Source: Mobula hypostoma (lineage: Eukaryota). From it: a stretch of 64,000 nt of DNA. The DNA lies in assembly GCF_963921235.1 (NCBI RefSeq), contig NC_086098.1:70246001-70310000 (forward strand), in the 5' to 3' direction. Of the stretch, positions 12,311 through 25,419 are shown in pieces. The notes beneath the pieces are model-generated. The model made no database searches, was not told where the DNA came from, and was given only the letters and a program-made list of their open reading frames with translations. Both the position numbers and the translations under genes were made by a program. Each line of letters begins with the position of its first letter. The stretch's first letter is position 1.

Positions 12311-14729
12311 CAGATCAGAAGCATTCAAGTCTGGTGACCAAGAAAGCTGTAAGAGGTCAAGAATATACACTTCACCTTTGAAATGGCTTTCAGGAGGTCC
12401 AGGTACAATCTCACGGGTGAAGTGGAAATTCCAAACTAAACTTGAATAAATGAAGGATGCTTGACAGTTGTGGCAGGGCTTAAATACCATCACCTATTAT
12501 GAAGCAACATAAACTCAACAGGGCTTTGCTTCCAGATGAGCTCAATGCCTTCTATGCTCACTTTGACTGTCAAATCATGGAAGAGCCATCATGATCCTGA
12601 TATTTCAGTTTCTGAGGCTGACATGCAAGCACCCTTCAGGAGGGTGAAACCTCAAAAAATCATCAATATCAGACAGGGTACCAGCCCATGCTCTAAAAAC
12701 CTGTGCTGATCAATTGGCTGGAGTATTCACTGAGATATTTAACCTCTCACTGCTACAGTCGGAGATACCTAATTTCTTCAAGCAGGCTTTAATTATACTG
12801 GTGCCAAAGAAGAACATGGCAATCTGCCTCAATTATTACTGTCCACAGTGATGAAGTGTTTTGAGAGGGTGTTGATGAAACACATCAACTCCTGCCTGAG
12901 AAGTGATATGGATTTACTCCAATTTGCCTACTGGAGCAACAGTTCCAAAGCAGATACCACCTCAGTGATTCTTCACTCACCCCTGGAGCATCTGGAGAGA
13001 AAATGTGTGTATATTAGGATGCTGTTAATTGACTACAGCTTGACATTCAATACCATCTTCCCCTCAAAACTAATCAATAAGCTTTAATACAGTGGCTTCA
13101 ATACCCATAGGAGATTTACAAGAATGTAGCCTGGATTGGAGAGCATGCCTTATGAAAATAGGTTGAGTGAACTCAGCCTTTTCTCCTTGGAGTGATGGAG
13201 GATGAGAGGTGATCTGACAGAGGTGTACAAGATGATGAGAGGCACTGATCATGTGGATAGTCGGAGGCTTTTACCCCAGAGCTGAAATGACTAGCACGAG
13301 AGGGCACAGTTTTAAGGTGCTTGAAAGTAGGTACAGAGGAAATGTCAGGGGTAATTTATTTATTTATTTTTAAAATGCAGAGAATGCTGGATGGAATGGG
13401 CTGCCAGCAATGGTGGTGGAGGCGGATACAATAAGGTCTTTTAAGAGACTCCTGAACAGGTACAAGGAGCTCAGAAAAATAGAGGGCTATGGGTAACCCT
13501 AGGTAATTTCTAAGGTCAGGACATGTTCGGCACAGCTTTGTGGGCTGAAAGGCCTGTATTGTTCTATAGGTTTTCTATATTTCTCTATGTTTCTATACTC
13601 CCTTGTGTAATTGGATCTTCAATTTTCTCACATGCTGACACCAGTCAGTTCAGATTGGCAACATTTACTCCAGTCTCAATTAGCACAGATGCACCAACCA
13701 CAAGTTGTGTGCTTAGCCCTCTGCTCTACTCACTTTACACAACTCCAATGCCATCTTCAAGTTTGCGGATGACACCACTGTTGTAGGTCGAATCAAAGTT
13801 GGTTATGAATTAGCGTACAAGAGGGAGATTGAAAATCTGGCTGAGAGTTGCAATAACAATAACCTCTTAATCAATATAAGCAAGAACAAGGAGCTGATTA
13901 TTGACTTCGGAGATGGAAACTGGATGTCCATTAGGCAGTCCTTATTGGAGGATCAAAGGTGAAGATGGTCACCAACTCTAACTTCCTCAGTATTATTATT
14001 TCCAGAGGACCTGGGACCCATCCTGGGCCCAACATGCAAGTGCAATTAGGAAGAAAGCACACCAGTGCCTCGACTTCCTTAAGAGCTTCTGAAGATTTGG
14101 CATACCCTGCAAAACTTTGACAAATATCTATAGATGTGCAGTAGAGTATATTGACTGGCTGCATCATAGCCTGCTCGGGAAACAGTAATGCCCTTGAACA
14201 GAAAATCCAAAAGAAAGTGATGGATACAACCCAGTCCATCACAGGCAAAACCATCCCCACCATTGAGCACATCCACATGAAACATTGTTGCAGGAAATCT
14301 GTATCCATCAGAGACCCCCACTACTCAGGACATGCTCTCATCCCACAGCTGCCATCAGGAAGGTGGTAGATGAGCCTCAAGACTCACACCACCATGCTCA
14401 GGAATACTTATTACCCCTCAAGCATCAGACTCTTGAACCAAAGGGGGCAACTTCATTCAACTTTACTTCATTGAAATGTTCCTACAACCTAGGACTCAAC
14501 CTCAGCGACACTATCTCATTTTCTTACTTTTTATTATTATTACTTTTTTTTGTATTTCCAATTTTTGACTTTTGCACACTGGTAGAACACCAGAGTTGGT
14601 GTGTTCTTTCATTGATTATTTTATGGTCATTATTCTATTATAGACTTACAGAGTATGCCTGGAAAAACATGAATTGCAGGGTTGTCATTCATGACATACA
14701 TGTACTTTGATAATATAGCAAGTTCACTT
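12311..14729 (+). mobile_element. Rex1/Babar element, degenerate, interrupted by CR1 13107-13595
   Basis: MKCFERVLM..INS, QFAY, IRMLLIDYS..FNTI, FADDTT, DPHYSGH..LPSGR; tail ending TTCACTTTGAAC. Confidence 0.88.
13107..13595 (+). mobile_element. CR1 LINE 3' end inserted in Rex element
   Basis: Near-identical to 4085-4545 (opposite strand); tail TTCTATATTTCTCTATGTTTCTAT. Confidence 0.9.
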
Positions 14730-15715
14730 TGAACAGTGGTGTTGTGCTGAAGTCGGTATTGGGACCGCCTGTTTTTAAGTTGTGTGTCAATGATTTGGAT
14801 AAGGAAATTGATGGCTCTGTGGCCAGGTTTGCAGATGATACAAATATAAGTGGAAGGGCAGGAAGTGCTGATGAAGCAGTGAGGTTACCAAAGGACTTGG
14901 ATAGATTTGCCGAACGTGCAAAGAGATGGCAGATGGAATACAGTGGTGTTGTGAATTATATGGTCATGCACTTTGATAGAAGAAATAAAAAGCTATTCTC
15001 TAAAATTTAAAAAAAAATCTGAGGTGCAAAGGGAGTTGGGAGTCCTCTTGCAGGATTCCCTCAAGGTTGACTTACATGTTGAGTCAGTGGTGAGAAAGGC
15101 AAATGTAGTGTTAGCATTCATTCTGAGAAGGCTAGGATATAAAACCAAGGATGTCGTGCCTTTATATAGCACTGGTGAGATCTCGTTTGGAGTATTGAGA
15201 GCGATTTTGGGCCTCTTATCTAAGAAAGGATGTGCTGACATTGGAGAAGGATCAAAGGAGGTTCACAAAAATGATTTCAGGAAAGCAAGTCTTATGAGGA
15301 TCGTTTGATGGTTCTGGGCCTGTACTTGCTAGAATTTAGAGGAATGTGGGGAACCTCATTGAAACCTTTCAACTGTTGAAGGGCCAAAATAGAGTGAATG
15401 TACAGGGATTGTTTCATATAGTGGAGTAGTCTAGGACCAATGGGCATAAACAGAATAGAGAGACATCCATTTACGATGGAAATGAAGAGGAATTTCTTTA
15501 GCTCGAGGGCAGTGAGTCTGTGGAATTTGTTGCCACATGCAGCTTTGAAGGCCAGGTCATTGTGTGTATTTAAGATGAAGTTTGATCGATTCTGATGTCA
15601 GGTGTGAAAGGTTACAATGAGAAGAATGGGTTTGAGAGAGAAGATAGTCAGCAATAATTAAACTGCCGAGCAGACTCTATCGGCCAAGTGGCATAATACT
15701 GCTTCAATTACTCCT

Positions 15716-18520
15716 GTTTGAGTACTGTTGGGCCAGGGGAACACAGAGTCTGGTCCTGTGGTTCAGAAGGGTAGGGAAAGGAAGAAGGCAGCAGTAATAG
15801 GGGACACAAGAGTTAGGGGGTCAGACAGGCGATTCTGTGGACACAGGAAAGAAACATGGATGGTAGTTTGCCTCCTAGGTGCCAGGGTCCGGGATGTTTC
15901 TGATCGTGTCCACGATATCCTGAAGTGGGAAGGTGAACAGCAAGAGGTCGTGGTACATATTGGTACCAATGACATAGGTAGGGGGTCCTGAAAACAGACT
16001 ACAGGGAGTTAGGAAGGAAGTTAAGAAGGAGGACCACAAAAGGTAATCCCGAGATTACTGACTGTGCCACCCAACAGTGAGTATAGTAATAGAGTGAGGT
16101 GGAGGATAAATGCGTGGCTGAGGGATTGGAGCAGGGGGCAGGGATTCAGATTTCTGTATCATTGGGACCTCTTTTGGAACAGGTGTGACCTGTACAAAAA
16201 TAATGGGTTGAGTCTGAGGGGGACCAATATCCTGGCAGGGAGGTTTGCCAAGGCCATTGGCCAGTGAGTTTAAACTAGAATTGCTGGGGTTTGGGAACCA
16301 AACTGAAGAGACGGAGGAAAGGGTGGTTGGCTCACAAATAGACAAAGCTTGGAGACAGTGCAAGAGGGAGGATAGGCAGGTGATAGAGAAGGGATATGCT
16401 TAGACCGATGGTTGGAACTGTGTCTTTTTTAATGCAAGAAGCATCATGAACAAATTGGATGAGCTTTGAGCCTGGATCAGTACTTGGTGCTATGATGTTG
16501 TGGCTATTACAGAGACTTGGATGGCTCAGGGGCAGGAATCGTTACTCAGAGTGCCAGGCTTTAGAAGTTTCAGAAAGGACAGGAACAGAGGCAAAAGAGG
16601 TGGCGGTGTAGCACTATTGATCAGAGATAGTGTCACTGCTACAGAAAAGGAGTAAGTCATTTAGGGATTGTCTACTGAGTCCCTGTGAGTGGAAGTTAGA
16701 AACAGAAAGGGGTCAATAACTCTACTGGGTGTTTTTTTTAATATAGACCACCAAATAGTAACAGGGACATCGAGGAGCAGATAGGGAGACAGATTCTGGA
16801 AAGTTGTATTAATAACAGGGTCGTGGTGGGAGATTTTAATTTCCAAACTATTGATTGGCATCTCACTAGAGCAAGGGATTTAGATGGGGCAGACTTGGTT
16901 AGGTGTGTTCAGGAAGGTTTCTTGACACAATATGTAGATAAGCCTACAAGAGGAGAGGCTGTACTTGATCTGATATTGGGAAATGAACCTGGTCAAGTGT
17001 CAGGTCTCCCAGTCAGAGAGCATTTTGGAGATAGTGATCATAATTCTATCTCCTTTACCATAGCATTGGAGAGGGATAGGAACAGACAAGTTAGGGAAAC
17101 ATTTAATTGGAGTAAGGGAAAATATGAGGCTATCAGGTAGGAACTTGAAAGCATAAATTGGGAACAGATGTTCTCAGGGAAATGTACAGCAGAAATGTGG
17201 CAAATGTTCAGTGGATATTTGCTTGGTGTTCTGCATAGGTACATTTCAATGAGACAGGTAAATGATGGTAGGGTACAGAAACCTTGGTAGACAAAGGCTG
17301 TTGAAAATCTAGTCAAGGAGAAAGGAAAAGCTTATGAAAGGTTCAAAAATTAAGTAATGATAAAGATCTGGAAGATTACAAGGCAGGAAGGAGTTTAAGA
17401 ATGAAATTAGGAGGAATTAGGAGAGCCAGAAGGGTCCATGAGAAGGCCTTGGCAAGCAGGATTAAAGAAAACCATGAGGTGTTCTTCAAATAAGAGAAGA
17501 GCAAGAAAATAGGACCAATCATGTGTGACAGTGGAAAAGTGTGTACAGAACTGGAGGAGATTGCAGAGGTACAAAATGAATACTTTGCTTCAGTATTCAC
17601 TATGGAAAAAGATCTGACAATTGTAGGGATGACTTGCAGCAGATTGAATAACTTGAGCATACAGACATTAAGAAAGAGGATGTGCTGGAGCTTTTGGAAG
17701 GCATCAAGTTGTATAAGTCTCTGGAACCAGATGAGATGTACCCCAGGCTACCGTGGGAGGTGAGGAAGGAGATTGCTGAGCCTCTGGCAATGATCTTTGC
17801 ATCATCAGTGGGGACAGGAGAGGTTCCAGAGGATTGGAGGGTTGCAGATGTTGTTTCCTTATTCAAGACAGGGAGTATAGATAGCCCAGGAAATTATAGA
17901 CCAGTGAGTCTTACTTCAGTGGTTGGTAAGTTGACGGAAAAGATCCTGAGAGGCAGGATTTATGAACGTTTGGAGAGGCATAATATGATTTGGAATAGTC
18001 AGCATGGCTTTCTCAAAAGCAGATCATGCCTTACGAGCCTGACTGAAATTTTTTGCCTGGATTGGGGAGCAGACCTTATGAGAATAGGTTGAGTGAACTC
18101 GGCCTCTTCTCCTTGGAGCGGCAGAGGGTGAGAGGTGACCTGATAGAGGTATATATGATGATGAGAGGCATTGATCGTGTAGATAGTCAGAGTCTTTTTC
18201 CCCCAAGGCTGAAATGGCTAACACGAGAGAGCACAGTTTTAAGGTGCTCAGAAGTAGGTACAGAGAAGATGTCAGGGGTACGCTTTTTTTTAAAAACACG
18301 CAGAGAGTGGTGAGTACATGGGATGGGCTTCCAGCAATGGTGGTGGAGGTGGATAGGATAGGGTCTTTTAAGAGACTTTTGGATAGGTACATGGAGCTTA
18401 GAAAAATAGAGGGCAATGGGGAACCCTTGGTAATTTCTGAGGCAAGGACATGTTCAGCACTGCTTTGTGGGTCACAAGTCCTGTATTGTGCTGTAGGTTT
18501 TCCATGTTTCTATGTCTTAT
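15716..18520 (+). mobile_element. CR1 LINE with ORF1 esterase, APE endonuclease, partial RT, internal deletion and 3' end
   Basis: VIGDT/VVHIGTND (SGNH-type esterase), VGDFN and GDSDHN (APE), NYRPVSLTS and QHGF (RT start), jump near 18050 to the 3' end. Confidence 0.92.
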
Positions 18521-18779
18521 GATCTTATTTGGTTTTATTACGAGAGAAACGTTTTTAGGTAAAAGGTCAGCCTTAATGTATTGAGTCATGGACCACACAT
18601 GAGAGACCAAGTGGCCCCCTCCTCTTTCTATTTTCATCGTTATTGCTAGAATTGGGAGTAGAAAAAGCCATTCAAAATAAGGTTGTTATCTTTCATGTAG
18701 GGTGCAAGGAACATGACAAGTTAAAACTTTCATCACTGTATGGCATTGGATTTACACAAATCCCATATTAATTCTATCT

Positions 18780-18985
18780 TTTGTTCTCCCCACATTCTCA
18801 ATAACTCTCCTCAAATCCAATCACTTATCTGTCCCTAGGGACAAATTACAATGACCAGTTAACTTACCATCCTGCAAGTCTTTGAAATGTGGGAGGAAGC
18901 CAGAGCACCCAGAGGACAATGCTTGGATCTCTGATTCTCTGAGGCGGCAGTTCCTCTGGTTCTGCCACGGTGCCACCACTGTAGC
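18780..18985 (-). mobile_element. tRNA-derived V-domain SINE (HE1-like)
   Basis: Reverse complement GTGGTGGCACCGTGGCAG head and GGGTGCTCTGGCTTCCTCCCACATTTCAAAGAC V-core. Confidence 0.7.
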
Positions 18986-19389
18986 TTAGCAAGAATTATG
19001 CAGATGGCTACTGTTAAACTTAAACATACTTCTTCCTTCAATGTTTAGGGTCATACACTCACAGATTTCTAGTGCGGTGTAGCTCAGATATGAATCCTCT
19101 GGCCCAACTTGTCCAAACTGTCCGTGATGTCTTTATCACATTTACATGCATGAGACCTGCATCTTTCTGCTTATTCCCTATCCATTTACCTATATCCATT
19201 TACCTACTTTAGGAGTACTAAGATGTTATCAACCCTCTTCTTAAAATAATCAAGCTGCACCTATTCAACAGGTTTCTTAAGCAATTACAAATCAGTAACT
19301 GGCCTTAACCGGCTTCATTCTGCAACTTTGATGGGTAGTATGTTATCGAATACAGGGACAAGAGGCCAGAGGCCCGTGAAACAATCCAT

Positions 19390-19935
19390 TAGGGAAATTG
19401 AGATGCGGAAGGTCAGTAGCTTTAAGTTCCTCAGTGCTAACATATTAGAGAATTTGGTCTGGGACTGACACACAAGTGTCATCACAAAGAAGACATGACA
19501 GTGCTTCTACTTTCTAAGAAGTTTGCATTGGTCTGAACGTCACCTAAAGCTTGGACAAACTTCTATGCATGCACAGTGGAGAGTGTGCTAACCGGTTGCC
19601 TCACAGCCCGGTATGGAAACACTAGTGCCCAGGAATGGAAACATCTACAGAACGTGGTAGATACAGCTCAGTCCATCACAGGCAAAGCCCTCCACGCTAC
19701 TGAGTACACGTACATGGAGCACTGCTGAAAGAAAGCAGCATGCATCAAAAATATAAAAACCTCCACGGCCCAGAACATGCTACTACAAATGGGCAGAAGC
19801 CTTAGGTCCCATATCACAGGGTCAGGAACAATTATTACCTGCAACCATCTGGCTCCTAAACTGGTGTGAATAACTTCATTCATCACAGCTCTGAACTTTT
19901 TCCTACAGACACATTTTCAATAAATCTCTACAACT
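19390..19935 (+). mobile_element. Rex1/Babar 3' fragment
   Basis: FKFL, TVESVLTGC...LQNVVDTAQSITGK. Confidence 0.8.
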
Positions 19936-19939
19936 CACT

Positions 19940-20360
19940 GTCCCAGAAGCATTACAAACTCCTCAGTAAACATGCTTAAAATCCTTCTCCTACCTGTCAT
20001 AGCATATAGCACTCTTGGGTTCTAGTTGATCTACATTCTACATTGTTCATTCTTGTCCACCATGATGCACATCAACACCCCCTTACAATGGCCCGTTCCC
20101 TGTTTTTGAATGGGGCAAAAAGTCATTGCAGATAGGAAGGGTAAACCTGAAAGTATTTTTGTAGATCACCTTATACCAGCCCACCAAGATCTGAATGTTT
20201 CCAGTACCATACCCTCTGCATCACAACATGACCATGTATTTGTCAGCATACCCCTGGACGAGCCAGAGACAACTACTGTTACTCTAACCAAGGCCAGGCA
20301 GCTCATACAAGCTCCAGACAGACCCTCAATGCTGATTTTGGTGAACTCTGGGCGGGTCTA
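19940..20360 (+). mobile_element. Gypsy integrase C-terminal (GPY/F) remnant
   Basis: HDAH...PYNGPFPV...DRKGKPESIFVDHLIPAH; ends in a degenerate polypurine tract. Confidence 0.7.
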
Positions 20361-20399
20361 AGCCAATAATTGTCTATCAGGGAGGTCCTCAGTGCAGGC

Positions 20400-21631
20400 T
20401 TTAAATCAGGGTGAAACCACTTGCACAGGCCTTTGGTCTGCAGGTGTGAATTTTTCATAAGTGAAATCTCATTGTGGTCATGTAATTGACAGACACGGCT
20501 TACACAAGTTACAAGAGAAGATTAAAGCAGTGCAACAGGCACCAAAACCAGAAAGTGTGTCATAACTCTGGTCATACTTGGGCATTGTAAACTACTACCA
20601 CCAGTTTCTCCCAGACAGTGCTGCATCTACTGAATGCACTGTTACAAACAGGAGTAAAATGAGTGTGATCAGAAAGATATGAAAAAGCATTCAAGGAAAC
20701 AAAGAAACAAATAACATCTGATGAACTGCTCACCAATTATGACCCATCCCTGGCCATCAGACTGGTGTGCTTTGCGTCCCCTTATGGCATTGGAGCCATT
20801 TTGTCACACATTAAGAAACATGGATCTGAACGCCTGATTGCATTTGCTTCAAGATCATAGACTAGTGCAGAACACAACTACGCACAGATCGACTCAGAGA
20901 CCCTCAGTCTAGTATAGGGAATAAAGAAGTTCCACCACTACCTCTACAGACAAAAGTTTACGCCAGTGACAGATCACTAGCCCCTTATGCCCATTTTCAA
21001 TCCCAGGAGGGGAATTCCAGTGATGACTGCTACCTAGTTACAATGTTGGGCACTATTCCTGGGAGCATATTCTTATGACATAGAGTTCCAGGGTACCAAA
21101 CAACACAGCAATGCTAATAGCTTCTCATGTCATCCACTATTGACAACTGAAGAAAAATTTTCATATTGTGACCCAGCAAAAGTGATGCCACTCTGCAGGT
21201 CCAGAGGCACAGCAAGAACCGTATTGTTGATAAGACTCCTGCCAAACCTGATGCCACTCCAAGTATCCAGAGGCACTATTCTGAAAGAAAGAGCGCCACC
21301 CAAAAGGGAGAACCTTTAGAACTGAACTGTGAAATTAGTTATGGACTGTTATTGTGTTTATTTAGAATATGGGTTTATGAAAGGGAAATTGAATGTTTTG
21401 TACATATACTGTTTTATGATGCATTAATCTAAAGGGGAAGGAAGTGTAATACATGGATCTATTACTTTTAGAGCAATGACCCCTCCTTAGCACCATGTAT
21501 TGATCTGTTGTCTGTGCATGTGCTTTAATCTGCTCTCCCTCTCTCTTGATGCAATGTGAATAATCCAGTTAAAGCAATCTCCCGCGTGCGTGCTTTTAAT
21601 TGATATACATGTAGTTGTGCTCAGACACAAC
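20400..21631 (+). mobile_element. Gypsy (Mag-like) remnant: RT end, RNase H and 3' LTR (21445-21631)
   Basis: LWSYLGIVNYY, ASPYGIGAILSH, ERLIAFASR, NYAQID, VTDH.PL; polypurine tract AAAGGGGAAGGAAG then TGT...ACA. Confidence 0.82.
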
Positions 21632-24280
21632 ACTGTCCTGTAAGCTGGGACCTCAGGGTCAGTAGCTTGGTCAGCTGCGATGTGTATGGCATCAATGCCA
21701 GGCTGTGAGAGGCAATCAGCCACAGCATTATCTTTCCCTTTGATATGCCAGATGTCAGTCATGAATTCCAAATTATAGGCCAAGTGGTGTTGCTGCCCTA
21801 CAGATCAAGGGTCTGATGCTTTAGCCATCGCATGCACAAGGGTTTTCTGGTCAACGGATGCTGTGAAACGCTGACCCTCAGATAGAAAACAAAAATGGTG
21901 GACAGACTGATAGGGAAAGTCATGGTTAAATGTGCTGTACTTCCCCCTGGGGTTGGGCAGAGCCACATGCCTCCAGCCAACAGTTTGTACACAGCACAGT
22001 CTGAGGCATCGGTAGTGACAGCTGTAAGTTCATGGGGAGCAGGTGCTCCACTAGAGTTGTGTTTGAATGAGTTAGTTTCATTTTGTTAATGCTCTGGTCA
22101 CGTCTGCTGATCACTCAAGCATGCGATTAGGGGACACTATACATGGGGTGCACATGTTCAGCAGCTCAGAATGGAACAGTGATAGGAATTAACCATACCT
22201 AAAAAGTCATTCAGTCCTTTGGTTGTGCATTGCAGTGGAAAGCTCTTAATAGCAGCGACTTTTGATGGCGGCGTGTCATACTTTCTGTAGGGATGCGTTG
22301 GCTGAGAAAGTCAATACTAGGCAGCCCAAAATGACATTTAGGTTTGAGTAAGCCAACATGAGCAGATTATGCACTTGAAAAGTGTTTGGAGATGTGATAA
22401 GTGTTCTGTTTTCGATGCACTAGTGACAAGTATGTCATCCAGGTAAAGAAAAAGAAAATCTAAGTCTTAACACAGAGTCCACTAGTCGGTGGAAAGGCTG
22501 CACTGAATTTTTCAGCCCAAATTGCATGTGCAGAAATTCAAATATGCCAAATAGTGATTTGGGAATTTTCTCAGTGCACACAGGCATCTGGTGGTCACCC
22601 CAGACTAATCAACTTCAGAAAATGTTATTTTTCCAGCCAAATGAGCTGAAAAGTCGTTAACGTGGGACTGGGTAATGATCAGAGAAGGTAGCCTCATTAC
22701 GACGGCGGTAATTGCCATATGGACTGCAATCACCATCAGGCTTAGGGACCATGTGGAGGGGTGAAGTCCAAGGGCTATTTGACCTGTGTAAAATACAGGT
22801 CAGCAAACTCAGCCTTCACACTGGCCAGCTTTTCTCAATCCAGTCTACGTGCACGGGCATGGACCAGCGAGCCAGTAGTGGAAATATAGTGCTCAACCCT
22901 ATGCTTTGTGACGGTAGCGGAAAACGTGGGCTTGGTGAGGTTTGAGAATTTGTCAGGCAGGCGAGTGAATTCACAAGGATTGATGTATGTACTAGACAGT
23001 CGTTGTGGGGAACTTACTGGGGGTATAGGGTAACGACCACAAGTCCTTTGTGTTCAAAAGCTGACAGTTCTCAAGATCCCTTGGCACGCAGGAAATCAAC
23101 AATGAGCAGAGTTCTAGTAACTTTAGCCAAGACAAAGTCCCACATGTAACATTGCCCACTGAAGCAGAAAATCATGCGTTGTGTCCATGTCTGGATCCTG
23201 CTGCCATTGCGGCCTCCAGCAATGGTTCATTGCTCTCTACCTTATAATCAATGAACTTTGTCCTGGCCAAAGTTACTAGACCTCTGCTCGGACCTGTTAC
23301 TAGACCTGTGTGCCAAGGGAATTTAAGACCTGCCAGCTTTTGACTTTGGGTCGTGTCACATGGAAAGCATCACGCTGAAATGGTGCCTGTAATGAACAAT
23401 AGGTGACCTGGCAGCTGATACACATGGTGTTCACAAACTTCCAGTGTTCTGATGTGATGGCACTGTTGAAGCTGCCTGGGAGTCGGCACTTCTTGGTATT
23501 CGTGCTGAATCGTGCATGGTAAAAGCACAGACCTAGCGTTGTCTGGTTTGGAGCTGCAGGCATGAGTTTGCTGGAGGCTCTGTTGACAGGGCTTTTTGAG
23601 ATGAAAGAAGAAGGAACAATGCACTTCTGCCTGCTCCCTATAGTCCTTCGTGAAGGCATTAGCAAGGACTGTTCCAAGTTGATCAGACATTTGCTGCATA
23701 AAGAGTTCTTTAAAAAAAATAAAACAAGGATGGTGATTTCCCAGGAGAGACAGCATGTGATCCATTAGTTCTGAAGGCCGAGCATCACCCAGAATGGGTA
23801 AGGAGAGCCACTGTTGGGCGCACTCAGACTCAGACATCTGTAATTTTAGATTTCAGAGTGATATATTTATCACGTGCAGGCAGTCTTCTAGGAGACTTAA
23901 CACTGACTGCAGTGGAACTACTTAGCGATGCTACAATGAAGTAAAACTTGGTATTGTCCCCAGCGCAGCGCAAACTGGGCTTCTGCCTGTGCAAACAAAA
24001 TGGTAGTGTGCTGGGCCCAAAACTTTGGCAGCTTCAAAGCAATTGTTTTGGGTGACATGTCATTGAGTAACCCTGGAATCATCTGAAAGTGTCGGGTTAT
24101 CAATATAAGAGTTTGTGAGTAAAACTTGAGTGAGTCATTTTATGTGCTAACAAAAGCCACAGCTTTTTGTTTACGTTATAAAGAAACCAGAAGTAGTCAC
24201 CTTAATGCTGACATTATTATTACAAACACTCTCTTAAAGTGAACACAACTCAATGATGTTTGTGAATTATGTAGAGCAGT
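21632..24280 (-). mobile_element. Gypsy element 5' half: LTR remnant, PBS, gag, protease, RT, RNase H
   Basis: PBS-like TGATAACCCGAC at 24091-24102; gag ALKLPKFW..FAQAEAQF; RT SPLHMVPK, YLDDILV; RNase H HIKGKDNAVADCLS. LTR outer edge approximate. Confidence 0.88.
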
Positions 24281-25419
24281 TTCTATTATGAGAAATATGT
24301 GCCATCTGTCACCCATTATATTACTCTCCAACTACAAAATCTGGCAAATAACTAAGGTAGTACTTTTACATGCTTAAGAATGGTTAGATTTTGAGCTTCT
24401 CTGCGTTCACAATTGCATCTGTCACTTCTTTTACTGATTGATATCCCCTTGCATCTACTGTTAACCTAATTTTTCTTTCTTTACATTGTTTCTTTTGATC
24501 TCTTCACTGTGTTTGTGTACTTATCTGAACTCTTCATACCTGAAGAATTTCATCTTTGGTACTTGTGGCTGTTAGTATATCATCTGAATTGTATTATTAA
24601 ATCTTTGCAAAGTCCTATCCATTTTACCTTCAAAGACAAAATGACAATTGTGTAACAATGAAGACTAACATTATTGTTGAATCTCCTTGTCTATATTCAG
24701 CCAAAAGTATGAGTGTGACAGATCTAATTTGTTAAAAATATTACCACCTGCCAACTCTGCATATTAATCTTGTGAAATGGACAATGCGTGCTGCTCGTAC
24801 TCAGCCTTGTTCTCTGTCATCTTTTTGAACAGTATTGTTCACTTTAAATACCAATATAATTAGTGTTGCTCATCATCCTGTCTACCAGAACTACATTCTA
24901 ATTAAATTCTTCACTCTAGGACTAATCAAAGCAGTTACATTTTCTGACTTGATACAAATGTATGCATTTTAACTTGTAGTAGCTGTGTAAGTATATTGAA
25001 ACATTGCAGCATACTTTCCCAATAGCATGCCCTGGGGATTCCAGAACATCCTCACTTCACTCCAGCTTAAGTTTTTGATGTTGGTTTGATTAGCATAATT
25101 AGCTAAAAACAGTTGTACTTACTGACCAATATGAAACAACCATTTCAACTGGTCTAACTTCTATAATTCCCTAGGGTGTTTGAGTTCTTTGTGCTCTCTG
25201 TTAGAGATACATAGCTAAGGTTGCCTAGATTCAATGTCCCTGTCTACATTTGGGCACCCTAATACCACACTGACACCTTGATCATTTAGCTATACTTCTT
25301 TCTTCAAGTAGCTCAGCTTTTCAACATTAATGGTGGGGGAATAGTTGCCTTTAGCTCAATGCACTATTCTTCTTATTGGACTCAGTGGTATAGATGCTTC
25401 CTGCCTTTGGTCCACGAGC

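Larger units (their letters stand above)
11960..15715 (+). mobile_element. CR1 LINE split by Rex insertion (pieces 11960-12310 and 14730-15715)
   Basis: YLDFQKAFDKV...WLL| resumes as |NSGV..SVLGP...FADD; CR1 tail near 15650-15715. Confidence 0.85.
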
